Shown: in pieces, positions 47,718 through 58,488 of the stretch | Layout of the letters: each line of letters begins with the position of its first letter | How positions within the stretch are numbered: the stretch's first letter is position 1 | Assembly: GCA_963782155.1 (NCBI GenBank) | Contig: CAWAIZ010000001.1 | Location: 31,878-95,877, forward strand | Direction: 5' to 3' | Length of the DNA stretch: 64,000 nucleotides | Source of the DNA: an uncultured Actinomycetota bacterium | GTDB taxonomy: Bacteria > Actinomycetota > Actinomycetes > Propionibacteriales > Nocardioidaceae | Made by a program: the position numbers and the translations under genes | The notes under the pieces: generated by a model | What the model was told of the DNA's origin: nothing | The model's input: the letters and a program-made list of their open reading frames with translations, nothing else | Databases searched by the model: none

Positions 47718-48694
47718 CAACACCCCTCGTAGGTGATCGTGTGGCACAACGCGGGCACCGACCCGTCGGCCAGCTTCGGCATCAGGTCCGGCAGCTCCCC
47801 GAAGCGCGACTCCCCGGTCAGCAGCACGTCGAAGGCCGGATCATCCAGCAGATCGAGGGCCAGTGCCAAGCGTTCGGCGTGAGTACGCCGGCTCCGTCTC
47901 GCCGCGGCGACCTCGCCGACCTGGCTCGCGCGGACGGCCAGCCGCCGCGAGTGGAAGGCGCCGCCGAGCGAGACGGTGACCGCCGCATCGCCGTACCAGC
48001 TCAGCTCCAGCACCTCCCCGTCCGGCGCGAGCAGGTCGATCGAGGTCTGCAGCCCGGCCGACGTGCCGGACGTGTGCACCACCACGTCGAGCTCACCACC
48101 CGCGTCGGCCGGCGAGGAGTACGCCGTCCCCAACGAGGCCGCGACCGCCGACCGCGACGCGTCCACGTCGACCAGCGTCACGGTCACGCCCGGAATCCCC
48201 GCGAGCAGCCTGGCGACGCAGCACCCGACCATCCCCGCACCGACCACCGCGACCCGGTCACCGAGCAGCGGCCGTGCGTCCCAGAGGGCGTTCACCGCCG
48301 TCTCGACCGTGCCCGTGAGCACCGCTCGGGAGGCCGGCACGGAGGTCGGCACCACGGTCACCGCCGAGGCCGGCACGACGTACTCGGTCTGGTGCGGGTA
48401 CAGGCAGAACACCGTCCGGCCCACCAACGAGGACGGGCCCTCCTCGACGACGCCCACGTTCAGGTACCCGTACTTCACCGGGCCGGGGAACTCGCCCTCC
48501 TGGAACGGCGCGCGCATCGCGGCGTACTGGCTCGCGGGCACCCCACCCCGGAACACCAGCGTCTCCGTACCCCGGCTCACGCCCGAACGCACCGTGCGCA
48601 CGAGCACGTCGTCGGGCCTGATGGGCGGCAGCGTCACCGACCGCACCTCGCCGCGACCGGGCTCGGTCACCCAGAAGGCCTCGGCCTGTCCCAC
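47717..48694 (-). CDS. Zinc-binding alcohol dehydrogenase (MDR family)
   Basis: [28 protein letters not shown]; AGGAGG SD before GTG 48694. Confidence 0.88.
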   Translation of the reverse strand: MGQAEAFWVTEPGRGEVRSVTLPPIRPDDVLVRTVRSGVSRGTETLVFRGGVPASQYAAMRAPFQEGEFPGPVKYGYLNVGVVEEGPSSLVGRTVFCLYPHQTEYVVPASAVTVVPTSVPASRAVLTGTVETAVNALWDARPLLGDRVAVVGAGMVGCCVARLLAGIPGVTVTLVDVDASRSAVAASLGTAYSSPADAGGELDVVVHTSGTSAGLQTSIDLLAPDGEVLELSWYGDAAVTVSLGGAFHSRRLAVRASQVGEVAAARRSRRTHAERLALALDLLDDPAFDVLLTGESRFGELPDLMPKLADGSVPALCHTITYEGC

Positions 48695-48777
48695 GCCCAC
48701 CCTCCTGAACCGTCTCGACACGGGATCCGTAGTCATCGAAGGTATCCGTCCAAGACGCCTGGTGACACGGAGGAGCG

Positions 48778-50934
48778 GTGCGACGCGTTCACGTCGGCCC
48801 CTTCGGGCCCGCTGACCTGGTCACGCTCACCCGCGCCCTGGTCGGCGTCGGCGTCGCGGTGCTGGTCGTCCGCTCGTTCGGGCACCACGTGCCCACCGCG
48901 CTCCTCGTCACGCTCGCCGCCGTCGCGCTCGTCCTCGACGCCGTGGACGGCTGGGTGGCCCGCCGTACCGGCACCGTCTCCCTCTTCGGCGCCCGCTTCG
49001 ACATGGAGACCGACGCCGCCCTGCTGCTGGTCCTCAGCACGTACGTCGCCGGCGACCTCGGCCTCTGGGTGCTCGCCATCGGCCTGGCGAGGTACGTGTT
49101 CCTGGCCGCCAGGCTGCCGCTGCCCTGGCTGCGGGGCCAGGCGCCGCCCCGCCCCTGGTGCAAGACCGTGGCGGCCCTGCAGGGCATCGTCCTGGTCGTC
49201 GCGGCGAGCGGACTGCTCCCCGACACCGTCGCCACCGCGCTGCTGCTGGTGGCTCTGGCCCTGCTCACCGAGTCGTTCGCCCACGAGGCCTGGGACCTGT
49301 GGCGCGCCCGCCTGCCGCACCAGCCACGCCCGCGGGCTGCGCTCGTCAGCGGCGTGGTCGCCGTGCTCATCGTCTGGGCGGCGCTGGTCGCGCCCGACGA
49401 CATCGCGTCACTGTCCCCCGCCGCATTCTTGCGGATCCCCCTCGAGGGCCTCGTGCTCGTCGGCCTCGTGCTGCTCCTCCGCCCGCGCGTCGCGACGTGG
49501 GTGGGAGGTGTCGCTGGCCTCTTCCTCGGAGTGCTCACCCTGGTCAAGGTGCTCGACATCGGCATCTCGGTCGCGTTCGCGCGGCCCTTCGACCCGCTCG
49601 GCGACCCGGTGTACGCCGGCGCCGGCGTCAGCTTCCTGCGCGACGCCCTCGGGACGCCGAACGCCTACACCGTGTCCGTCCTCGCCGTGCTGGTCATGCT
49701 CGCCGTACTGGTGGTGGTGCCGTACGCCGTGCATCGCGCGGTCCGGTTCGCCCGCGGTCACCGCCCGGTCGCGGCTCGCCTGGTGCTGGCCCTTGCCCTG
49801 GTGTGGGGCGGCTGCGCGGTCGCCGGGGTCCACGTGGGTTCCGGTGAGCCCGTCGCGGCCGCCACCGAGCTGTCCCTGGCCTCGAGCCACGTCGCCGACG
49901 TCCGGCAGAACCTCCGCGAGCGTGCCGAGCTGGCCGAGGCGCTTAAGGACGACCGCTACGCCGACGTACCCGCAGACCGCCTGCTCCGGGCCCTGCGCGG
50001 CAAGGACGTGCTCCTGGTCTTCATCGAGAGCTACGGCAAGGTCGCCCTCGACGGGCTGCCGACCTCGCCCCAGCTCCGCGCCACCGTCGACGAGGACACT
50101 GCCCGGCTCGAGCGGGCAGGGTTCGGCTCCCGCAGCGCTTTCCTGACCTCTCCGACGTTCGGGGCGATGAGCTGGTTCGCGCACTCCACGCTCCAGTCCG
50201 GCCTGTGGATCGACAACCAGGGCACCTACGACCTGCTGCTCCACCACGAGCGGCTGACGTTGAGCAGCGCATTCCTGAAGGCGGGCTGGCGGTCGGTCGG
50301 GATGATCCCCGCCGACACCGAGCCGTGGCCGGAGGGTGAGGACTTCTATCGCTGGCAGCACCTCTACGACCTCACGAACCTGGACTACGAGGGCCCGCGC
50401 TTCGGCTACGGCCGGATGCCCGACCAGTACGCCCTGGAGTCCTTCCGCCGGCTCGAGCTGGACCGGCCGAACCGGGAGGCAGTGATGGCCGAGATCGACC
50501 TCGAGTCCAGCCACAACCCCTGGGTGCCGCTGCCGCGGATGGTCGACCCCGCGGACCTCGGCGACGGTTCCGTGTTCGACGGCATGGAGGACGACGGCCC
50601 GCAGCGCGACGAGGTCTGGACGAGCTCGACGCGGGTGCAGGCGGCGTACGTGAGGTCGCTCCAGTACTCCCTCGACGCGCTCACCTCGTTCATCGAGCAG
50701 AGCAGCGACGACGACCTGGTCGTCATCACCCTCGGCGACCACTGGCCGGTCACCACCGTGTCCGGCACCACCCCGGGCCACGCCGTGCCGATCAGCGTGA
50801 TCGCCCGTGACCCGAAGGTGCTCAGGCACATCGACGACTGGCAGTGGCAGCGCGGCCTCCGACCCGACGACGACGCGCCGGTGTGGCCGATGGATGCCTT
50901 CCGCGACCGGTTCCTGGACGCCTTCAGTCGTTAG
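48778..50934 (+). CDS. CDP-alcohol phosphatidyltransferase fused to a membrane sulfatase/alkaline-phosphatase-like domain
   Basis: DAVDGWVARRTG...GARFDMETD CDP-AP motif; FIESYG, SPTFGAMSWFAHSTL, SSHNPW, LGDH in the C-terminal domain. Confidence 0.85.
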   Translation: MRRVHVGPFGPADLVTLTRALVGVGVAVLVVRSFGHHVPTALLVTLAAVALVLDAVDGWVARRTGTVSLFGARFDMETDAALLLVLSTYVAGDLGLWVLAIGLARYVFLAARLPLPWLRGQAPPRPWCKTVAALQGIVLVVAASGLLPDTVATALLLVALALLTESFAHEAWDLWRARLPHQPRPRAALVSGVVAVLIVWAALVAPDDIASLSPAAFLRIPLEGLVLVGLVLLLRPRVATWVGGVAGLFLGVLTLVKVLDIGISVAFARPFDPLGDPVYAGAGVSFLRDALGTPNAYTVSVLAVLVMLAVLVVVPYAVHRAVRFARGHRPVAARLVLALALVWGGCAVAGVHVGSGEPVAAATELSLASSHVADVRQNLRERAELAEALKDDRYADVPADRLLRALRGKDVLLVFIESYGKVALDGLPTSPQLRATVDEDTARLERAGFGSRSAFLTSPTFGAMSWFAHSTLQSGLWIDNQGTYDLLLHHERLTLSSAFLKAGWRSVGMIPADTEPWPEGEDFYRWQHLYDLTNLDYEGPRFGYGRMPDQYALESFRRLELDRPNREAVMAEIDLESSHNPWVPLPRMVDPADLGDGSVFDGMEDDGPQRDEVWTSSTRVQAAYVRSLQYSLDALTSFIEQSSDDDLVVITLGDHWPVTTVSGTTPGHAVPISVIARDPKVLRHIDDWQWQRGLRPDDDAPVWPMDAFRDRFLDAFSR

Positions 50935-50944
50935 GGTGCCCCGG

Positions 50945-51355
50945 ATGGCACGCGTGGTGATGGTCGGGCTGGTCGACGAGCGCGGCTGGGTCCTGCTGCA
51001 GGAGCGTGACTCCTTCGCGCCGGTCGACCCCGACCGCTGGTCGCTCGTCGGCGGTCGCGTGGAGCCCGGTGAGACCGACGCGGTCGCTGTCCTTCGAGAG
51101 CTCGAGGAGGAGACCGGGCTGCGCCACCCCCTGACCTCTCTCGGCGTGCACGACGTCGCCTGCTCCGTCCACGGCCGGGACACCGTCGCCCTGTTCGCCG
51201 CTCGTACGTCGGCCACCGACGCCGACGTCGTGTGCGGCGAGGGTCGCCAGATCGTGTTCGTCGACCCCGCCGCGTCAGGCTCGCTGGACCTCACCGATCC
51301 CACCCGGGCGCTGCTGCCGGTCGTGCTGGCGGAGGTGCCCGACTCGGAAGACTAG
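50945..51355 (+). CDS. NUDIX hydrolase
   Basis: GGRVEPGETDAVAVLRELEEETG Nudix box. Confidence 0.9.
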   Translation: MARVVMVGLVDERGWVLLQERDSFAPVDPDRWSLVGGRVEPGETDAVAVLRELEEETGLRHPLTSLGVHDVACSVHGRDTVALFAARTSATDADVVCGEGRQIVFVDPAASGSLDLTDPTRALLPVVLAEVPDSED

Positions 51356-52059
51356 AGGTCCAGCCGTAGGAGCGGCTGCCCGTCGTCGGAGCGCACCTCC
51401 ACGCGGTCGATGTCCTCCACCGTGGCGGACGTCGCGCCCGGCATGTGCAGCGTCCGTCCGGGCAGGGACGTCCAGCTGGCGACCTGCTCGGTCCGACCCT
51501 CCTTGGTGTGGATGACCAGCGTGAACCGCAAGCCGTCCGCCGTTCCGTAGTCCTCCACGCCACCCCCCTCCCGGCTGTAGCTGCAGGTCAGGTCGACGCG
51601 AGTGCCCCAGCCGACGCTGGTGAGCGACACGTCGGCCGTGACCCCGTCGTCATGCACGAGGGACATCGGCTGCGCCGGCGAGACCGGCGTCGCCGCGGGA
51701 GCGTGGCCGTCGTCGCGCGAGGCCTGGACGGCCATGGCGCCGGCGACCACCACTGCCACCGCGGCTCCCGCACCCAGCGAGAGGACGACCCGGCGACGGC
51801 GCTGCTCGCGGCGGACTGTCCTCACCAACGAGGGCAACAACGTGTCCGGGAGCGGGACCTCCGGGGTCGGTTCCGCCAAGGACTCGACCGGCACGCGAGC
51901 CAGCAGGCCGGGCATACCGGCCAGCTGGGCCACCGAGCGGCGGCACGCGGCACACGTGGGCAGGTGCCGCTCGAACTCGAGGCGCTCGGCCGGGGACAGC
52001 GAGCCGAGGACGTACGCCGCGTCGGAGTGCGAGAGGTAGCACGAGGACGGCTCGCTCAT
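51352..52059 (-). CDS. Zinc-finger anti-sigma factor (zf-HC2, TM, extracellular domain)
   Basis: AAYVLGSL...FERHLPTCAACR; TM; GWGTRVDLTC. Confidence 0.88.
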   Translation of the reverse strand: MSEPSSCYLSHSDAAYVLGSLSPAERLEFERHLPTCAACRRSVAQLAGMPGLLARVPVESLAEPTPEVPLPDTLLPSLVRTVRREQRRRRVVLSLGAGAAVAVVVAGAMAVQASRDDGHAPAATPVSPAQPMSLVHDDGVTADVSLTSVGWGTRVDLTCSYSREGGGVEDYGTADGLRFTLVIHTKEGRTEQVASWTSLPGRTLHMPGATSATVEDIDRVEVRSDDGQPLLRLDL

Positions 52060-52589
52060 GCGGTCACCCCCATCTCCTCCAGGGCCAGGCGCAGGGCGCG
52101 CAGGGCGTAGTGGGTGCGGGACTTCACGGTTCCTTCGGGGATGTCGAGGGTGCGGGCGGCGTTCGCGACCGACATGCCGCGGTAGTAGCAGCACAGCAGG
52201 ACGGCGCGGTGGTCGTCGCTGAGCTTGGCGAGCGCGTCGGCGACCACCCAGGACAAGAGCAGCTGGTCGGTGTGGTCCCTGGATGCGCTGGCGCCTCCCG
52301 GCTCGGGCGGCTCGGCGACCGCGATCTCGGTGCGCCCGCGCTTGGTGCGCCACTCGTCGATGGCCAGGTTGCGGGCCACCGTGAACAGCCACGACCGGAC
52401 CGAGCCACGGGACTCGTCGAGCAGGCGCGAGCTCCGCCAGGCACGGAGCAATGTCTCTTGCAGCAGGTCCTCTGCGCGGGCGCGGTCGTGGCCGGTCAGG
52501 CGCAGGCAGTAGCCCCAGAGCGCGCCGGCGTGCTCGTCGTGCAGCTGCTGCATCAGCGCCACAGGCCCGCTCGGACCGGTCTCGGCCAT
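52056..52589 (-). CDS. ECF sigma factor (SigL-like)
   Basis: AEDLLQETLLRAW, RSWLFTVARNLAIDEWR, IPEGTVKSRTHYALRAL. Confidence 0.92.
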   Translation of the reverse strand: MAETGPSGPVALMQQLHDEHAGALWGYCLRLTGHDRARAEDLLQETLLRAWRSSRLLDESRGSVRSWLFTVARNLAIDEWRTKRGRTEIAVAEPPEPGGASASRDHTDQLLLSWVVADALAKLSDDHRAVLLCCYYRGMSVANAARTLDIPEGTVKSRTHYALRALRLALEEMGVTA

Positions 52590-52636
52590 CGCACCTCCTC
52601 CTCACCAGCAGGACACGTCGCAGAGACCCGATCGGT

Positions 52637-53536
52637 TCAGTCCTGGACCGCCTTGGCAATGGTGAAGCAGCGGGTCAACCATTCCTCGTCCGGGTCACCG
52701 TCGATGACGTCCCACGAGGCGTTCAGCACCATCCGGACGACCACCCAGTCGCGCGCGCGGTCCTCATCGAGCCCGGCGACATCGACGATGGTGTGGAAGC
52801 GGCGCCGCAGGTTCTCCCGCACGTCACCCGCGGCGATGTCGTCCCACCGGTTCCACAGCATCGGCGCAGGTTCGTAGTGCGGATCGCCGCTCATCGGCTT
52901 CGGGTCGATCACCAACCACGGCTCGCGGTCGGCGGCCAGCACGTTGTGGTGGTGCAGGTCGCCGTGGACGATGGCGCCGACCGAGGCCGGGTCGGCCACC
53001 AGGTCCCGGGCCAGGGAGAGGCACTGCTCGCGCATCCGCCGCGGGATCGGAGCGTCGCTCGGCAGGGCGTCGAGGTCGGCGGCCCAGCGCTCGACGTACG
53101 ACGTGATCGTGCGCAGCTGCGGCAGGGCCGGCACGTGGATCCGGCCGTAGAGGCCCGCCACGACCTCGCACGCCTCGAGGTCACCGATCGAGGTCAGGTC
53201 GCGCGTGTGCAGGCGCTCGAGCAGCATCGCCCACCGGCGCGGGTCGGCCCGCAGGAGCAGCACCGTGCCGTTGCCGTGCCAGTGCTGGAGGGCCAGGTGC
53301 TCGAACTCGCTCTCGTCCTCGGCGTCCTCGTGCAGCTTCAGGACGGCGCGGACGCCGTCCCGGGTCAGCACCGGCACGACCAGGGAGCAGAAGCCGTGCA
53401 TCAGGTCGCCGTCGACGGTCAGCTCCCACTCGTCGAGCAGGTCGCGGACCAGTACGGGGAGCCGGTCGACCCAGGCGGCCCAGTCGTCGCCCCGGGCGCG
53501 CATCTCCAGCACGCCGTCGGGCAGCTGCATCGTCAC
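52637..53536 (-). CDS. Aminoglycoside/hydroxyurea phosphotransferase family (APH(6)-like)
   Basis: AVLKL, AMLLERL, VHGDLHHHNVL, WLVIDPKP, GDPHYE. Confidence 0.88.
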   Translation of the reverse strand: MTMQLPDGVLEMRARGDDWAAWVDRLPVLVRDLLDEWELTVDGDLMHGFCSLVVPVLTRDGVRAVLKLHEDAEDESEFEHLALQHWHGNGTVLLLRADPRRWAMLLERLHTRDLTSIGDLEACEVVAGLYGRIHVPALPQLRTITSYVERWAADLDALPSDAPIPRRMREQCLSLARDLVADPASVGAIVHGDLHHHNVLAADREPWLVIDPKPMSGDPHYEPAPMLWNRWDDIAAGDVRENLRRRFHTIVDVAGLDEDRARDWVVVRMVLNASWDVIDGDPDEEWLTRCFTIAKAVQD

Positions 53537-54441
53537 GGGCGCACGGTCCCGGTGAGCCAGACATCCGGCGGAAGGTACGGCTTGTTCGGTACCCCGCGGC
53601 GCTCCTCGGTGGTGCCGGTCAGTACTTCGGCGCCGAGCCGTCGCCAGAACCTCGCTGCCTTGGGGTTGTCCTCCTGGAAGGCGATCTCCCAGGATCCCGG
53701 ATGGGCGCGGACGACGTGCTCGGCCAAGGCCCTGGCGTGACCCGACCCGCGGGCCGCGCGGACCACGAAGAACTCCCCCATCACGCGAGTGCCGCCCGCG
53801 AGCCCGCGCACAAGTGCGAAGCCGACGGGGCGGTCGCCGAGGCGCGCGACGTAGGCGACGTCGTCCGGGTCGTCGGGCCGGTACGACGCGAGGTGACCGG
53901 CTCGGTAGCTGCCGCTCGCGTCAGGAGTGGTGCCCCGGAACTCCGAGAGGTCGTGGGAGTAGGGCTGCCAGAGCCGCCGAACGACGTCCCAGTCGTCCTC
54001 GCCGCCCGCGACGTCGACACGCAACGGCCACAGCCACCCCGTGACGAGCCCGGCGAGCCCCTCGGGCAGCAGGCCCATGAGGTCGAGGTCCTTGGGGCCG
54101 GCCCACATCGGATGGAACTGGTTGCTCTCCTCCTGCTCCTCGGCCTCCCGACCGCCGAGGACCGGATCACCCTCCACTCCCGTGACCCGGTAGTAGAACG
54201 CAGCGCGGCCGCCGTGGTCGCCCTCGAGCAGCAGCCCGGCCACCTGGCCCTCGAGGGTGCACTCCTCGCGGAGCTCCCGCAGGGCCGCGTCGGCCGGCCC
54301 CTCGCCGTCCTCGATCCCGCCGCCCGGCAGCACGGCGTAGTCGCGGCCGTCGAGGTGCCGACGGATCACGAGGACCTTGCCGTCACGTTCGACGACCGCG
54401 ACGGCTCGTGGTCGGGGGTCGGACAGTGGCTCGCGAGGCAC
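53533..54441 (-). CDS. NUDIX-GNAT fusion protein
   Basis: LPGGGIEDGEGPADAALRELREE Nudix box; then YSHDLSEF, PVGFALV, EFFVVRAARGSGHAR, WEIAFQEDN (GNAT). Confidence 0.85.
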   Translation of the reverse strand: MPREPLSDPRPRAVAVVERDGKVLVIRRHLDGRDYAVLPGGGIEDGEGPADAALRELREECTLEGQVAGLLLEGDHGGRAAFYYRVTGVEGDPVLGGREAEEQEESNQFHPMWAGPKDLDLMGLLPEGLAGLVTGWLWPLRVDVAGGEDDWDVVRRLWQPYSHDLSEFRGTTPDASGSYRAGHLASYRPDDPDDVAYVARLGDRPVGFALVRGLAGGTRVMGEFFVVRAARGSGHARALAEHVVRAHPGSWEIAFQEDNPKAARFWRRLGAEVLTGTTEERRGVPNKPYLPPDVWLTGTVRP

Positions 54442-54462
54442 CCGCGCGATGTTACGTGCAGG

Positions 54463-56349
<1,887 letters not shown>

Positions 56350-56498
56350 GGGCCATTCTCCCAGACCGTCCCGAGACGGACGAAACGGTGGGAACCCCAC
56401 CCCCTGGGGTCCCCACCGCTTAGTCGCTCACCGGGGTCCCGACGCTCTGTGCCCCTGGGTCCCCGCCGCTCTGTCGCTCGCCGGGTTTCGAGACGCGC

Positions 56499-56897
56499 TC
56501 AGAACTGGTTGCCCTGGTTGTCGGCGTCGCGCGGCGGCTGCACCCCGAAGCTGCGGAGGTGGCCCTCGACGTCGTCCTCGTCGCCGAGCTCGATGTCGCT
56601 GCGCTTCTGGTCGGCGCGCTTCTGGTGACCCTCGACGTCGTCCTCGACGCCGTCCAGCTGCGAAAGCCGGTGACCCTCCAGGTCCTCCTCGAGCTCGATG
56701 TCGCTGCGCTTCTGGTCGGCGCGCTTCTGGTGACCCTCGACGTCGTCCTCCTCGAGCTCGATGTCGCTGCGCTTCTGGTCGGCGCGCTTCTGGTGACCCT
56801 CGGTGTCGAGGTCGGACCCGGGGTGAGCCGAAATCCGGTGAGCCTCCACGTCGTCGGTCTCGAAGCTGTTGCCCTGCTCGTCGAACTGCTCGCTCAT
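56499..56897 (-). CDS. Multi-core repeat peptide (132 aa) with six D-x-E-[GA]-H motifs
   Basis: GAAGGAG SD; three identical 48-nt blocks (56586, 56691, 56754) encoding EGHQKRADQKRSDIEL; GC-biased codons. Confidence 0.85.
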   Translation of the reverse strand: MSEQFDEQGNSFETDDVEAHRISAHPGSDLDTEGHQKRADQKRSDIELEEDDVEGHQKRADQKRSDIELEEDLEGHRLSQLDGVEDDVEGHQKRADQKRSDIELGDEDDVEGHLRSFGVQPPRDADNQGNQF

Positions 56898-56998
56898 GGT
56901 TCCTTCTCCTTCTGATTCCGGTTGCCACTGGTTGATGTCCTGAACTGTGCACCCAGTACCCCTGCGGGTTCTGTCTCCCACCCGACACAAAGGGAAAG

Positions 56999-57814
56999 TC
57001 ACCCCCGCACGCTGTTGTCGCTCGCCGCGTGCAGCACCGCCTTGACCTGGAACGGCGTGAGCCACGGGTGCTTGCTGCGCATCAGCGCCACCATCCCCGT
57101 GACGTGAGGAGCGGCGAAGCTGTTGCCCGTGGCGGTGATCGAGCCGTGGTTGGTCCAGGCGACGTCCAGGTCGATCCCCCGCGCGCCGAACTCGACGGGC
57201 GGGTGCGCGTTGTAGGCCAGCGCCAGGTCCTGGGCGCCGGGCCGGGCGGCCACCGAGACGACGGAGGAGTACTGGGAGGGGTAGGTCGGCCCGGGCAGGT
57301 TGTTGGCCGCGCAGACCAGGACGGTGCCGGAGAAGTAGGCCTGGTCGGCGACCTCGTGGAGCGGAGCGAACATCGCCTCGGCCTTGCTCGAGAGCGACAG
57401 GTTGGCGACGTGCATGCCCTGCTCGACGCTCCACTCGATGCCGGCGTGCAGCAGGGCACCGCGGCCCTTGAGGTTCTCGCCCAGCACCCGGACGCTGTAG
57501 ATCTCGGCCTCGGGGGCGATCGACCTGATGATCGCGGCGCAGGCAGTGCCGTGCCCGACCAGGTCCTCGTGCGGCCCCTCCACCTCGACGTACCCGAGCT
57601 CGGCCGCCGCGTCGAGCACGAACGCGACGCCGCCCTGTACGCCGTGCACGCGCGGGTGGTCGCCGTCCACGCCGCTGTCCACGACCGCGACCCGCACCCC
57701 CGCGCCCGTACTGCCTTCGAAGGCCCAGCGACGTACCTCCTCGAACGGCAGCGCGACGACCGACTGGAGGCTGCCGCGGTCGAAGGCCCCCGCCCACGCC
57801 GGCGTGCTGGTCAT
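56999..57814 (-). CDS. S8 subtilisin-like serine peptidase (271 aa; no signal or pro-domain)
   Basis: VAVVDSG (D), HGTACA (H), GNSFAAP (S), CAANN oxyanion Asn; ATGA overlap with the GAF gene. Confidence 0.92.
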   Translation of the reverse strand: MTSTPAWAGAFDRGSLQSVVALPFEEVRRWAFEGSTGAGVRVAVVDSGVDGDHPRVHGVQGGVAFVLDAAAELGYVEVEGPHEDLVGHGTACAAIIRSIAPEAEIYSVRVLGENLKGRGALLHAGIEWSVEQGMHVANLSLSSKAEAMFAPLHEVADQAYFSGTVLVCAANNLPGPTYPSQYSSVVSVAARPGAQDLALAYNAHPPVEFGARGIDLDVAWTNHGSITATGNSFAAPHVTGMVALMRSKHPWLTPFQVKAVLHAASDNSVRG

Positions 57815-58374
57815 CCAGCCTCGCCCGGCGTCGAGGAGCCGGCCTGGTGATCCGCCTCCCACTTCCGGACGACGCGGAGGACGTCGCGGCCGAGGTCGCC
57901 GAGCCCCGCTTCGGCCGGCGTGGCCGGCAGCGCGTCACGCGCCCCGGTCACGAGCATCGCCATGTGGCTCGCCAGGGTGCCGAGCACATACAGGGTCCAG
58001 TCGCTGGCCTCGTCGACGGACGCATCGAGCACGGACGTGACGCCGATGACCTCGCCCTCGGGGGTCACCAGGGGCGCCGCGAGGATCGCCGACGGCACGT
58101 AGTTGGTCGACTCCGCCACGTCGCGAGCGAACCGGGCGTCGCTCTGCACGTCCCTCACGGCGATGGGCTGGCCGGACATCGCGGCCCACCCGCCGATGCC
58201 GCGTCCGACCGGGATCGTGACGCCAACGATCTCCTGCGCGCCCGCGCCATCGGCCACGACGTAGGTCAGCGTGTCGCCTTCCTCGTCCACCAACGCGACC
58301 GAGCAGGCGGCTGCGGCGAACAACGCACGCGTCGCCTGCACTGACCGACCCAGTACGTCCTCGAGTGTCGCCAC
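57811..58374 (-). CDS. Stand-alone GAF domain protein (187 aa)
   Basis: CSVALVD, GRGIGGWAAMSGQP, DARFARD, ILAAPL..GEVIGV.SVLD; GGAG SD before GTG. Confidence 0.85.
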   Translation of the reverse strand: MATLEDVLGRSVQATRALFAAAACSVALVDEEGDTLTYVVADGAGAQEIVGVTIPVGRGIGGWAAMSGQPIAVRDVQSDARFARDVAESTNYVPSAILAAPLVTPEGEVIGVTSVLDASVDEASDWTLYVLGTLASHMAMLVTGARDALPATPAEAGLGDLGRDVLRVVRKWEADHQAGSSTPGEAG

Positions 58375-58430
58375 GGCTCCCCGTTCCCCGTACGTCGACG
58401 GCCCGACCACCGTTGGCCCGACCGTCGCGC

Positions 58431-58448
58431 ACACGGTACTCGCCGTGT
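58431..58448. promoter_or_regulatory. Palindrome in the GAF/Crp divergent promoter (candidate operator)
   Basis: ACACGG-N6-CCGTGT. Confidence 0.3.
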
Positions 58449-58488
58449 CGACCGCCCGCCGATGATCCTGGAGTGTTTGACTGCGAGC

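Noticed and set aside
56559-56915. Plus-strand hydrophobic repeat ORF (LDVAALLVGALLVTL)n as a membrane peptide
   Set aside because: It is the antisense reading of the DxEGH peptide, which has the strong SD, operon orientation and typical codon usage.
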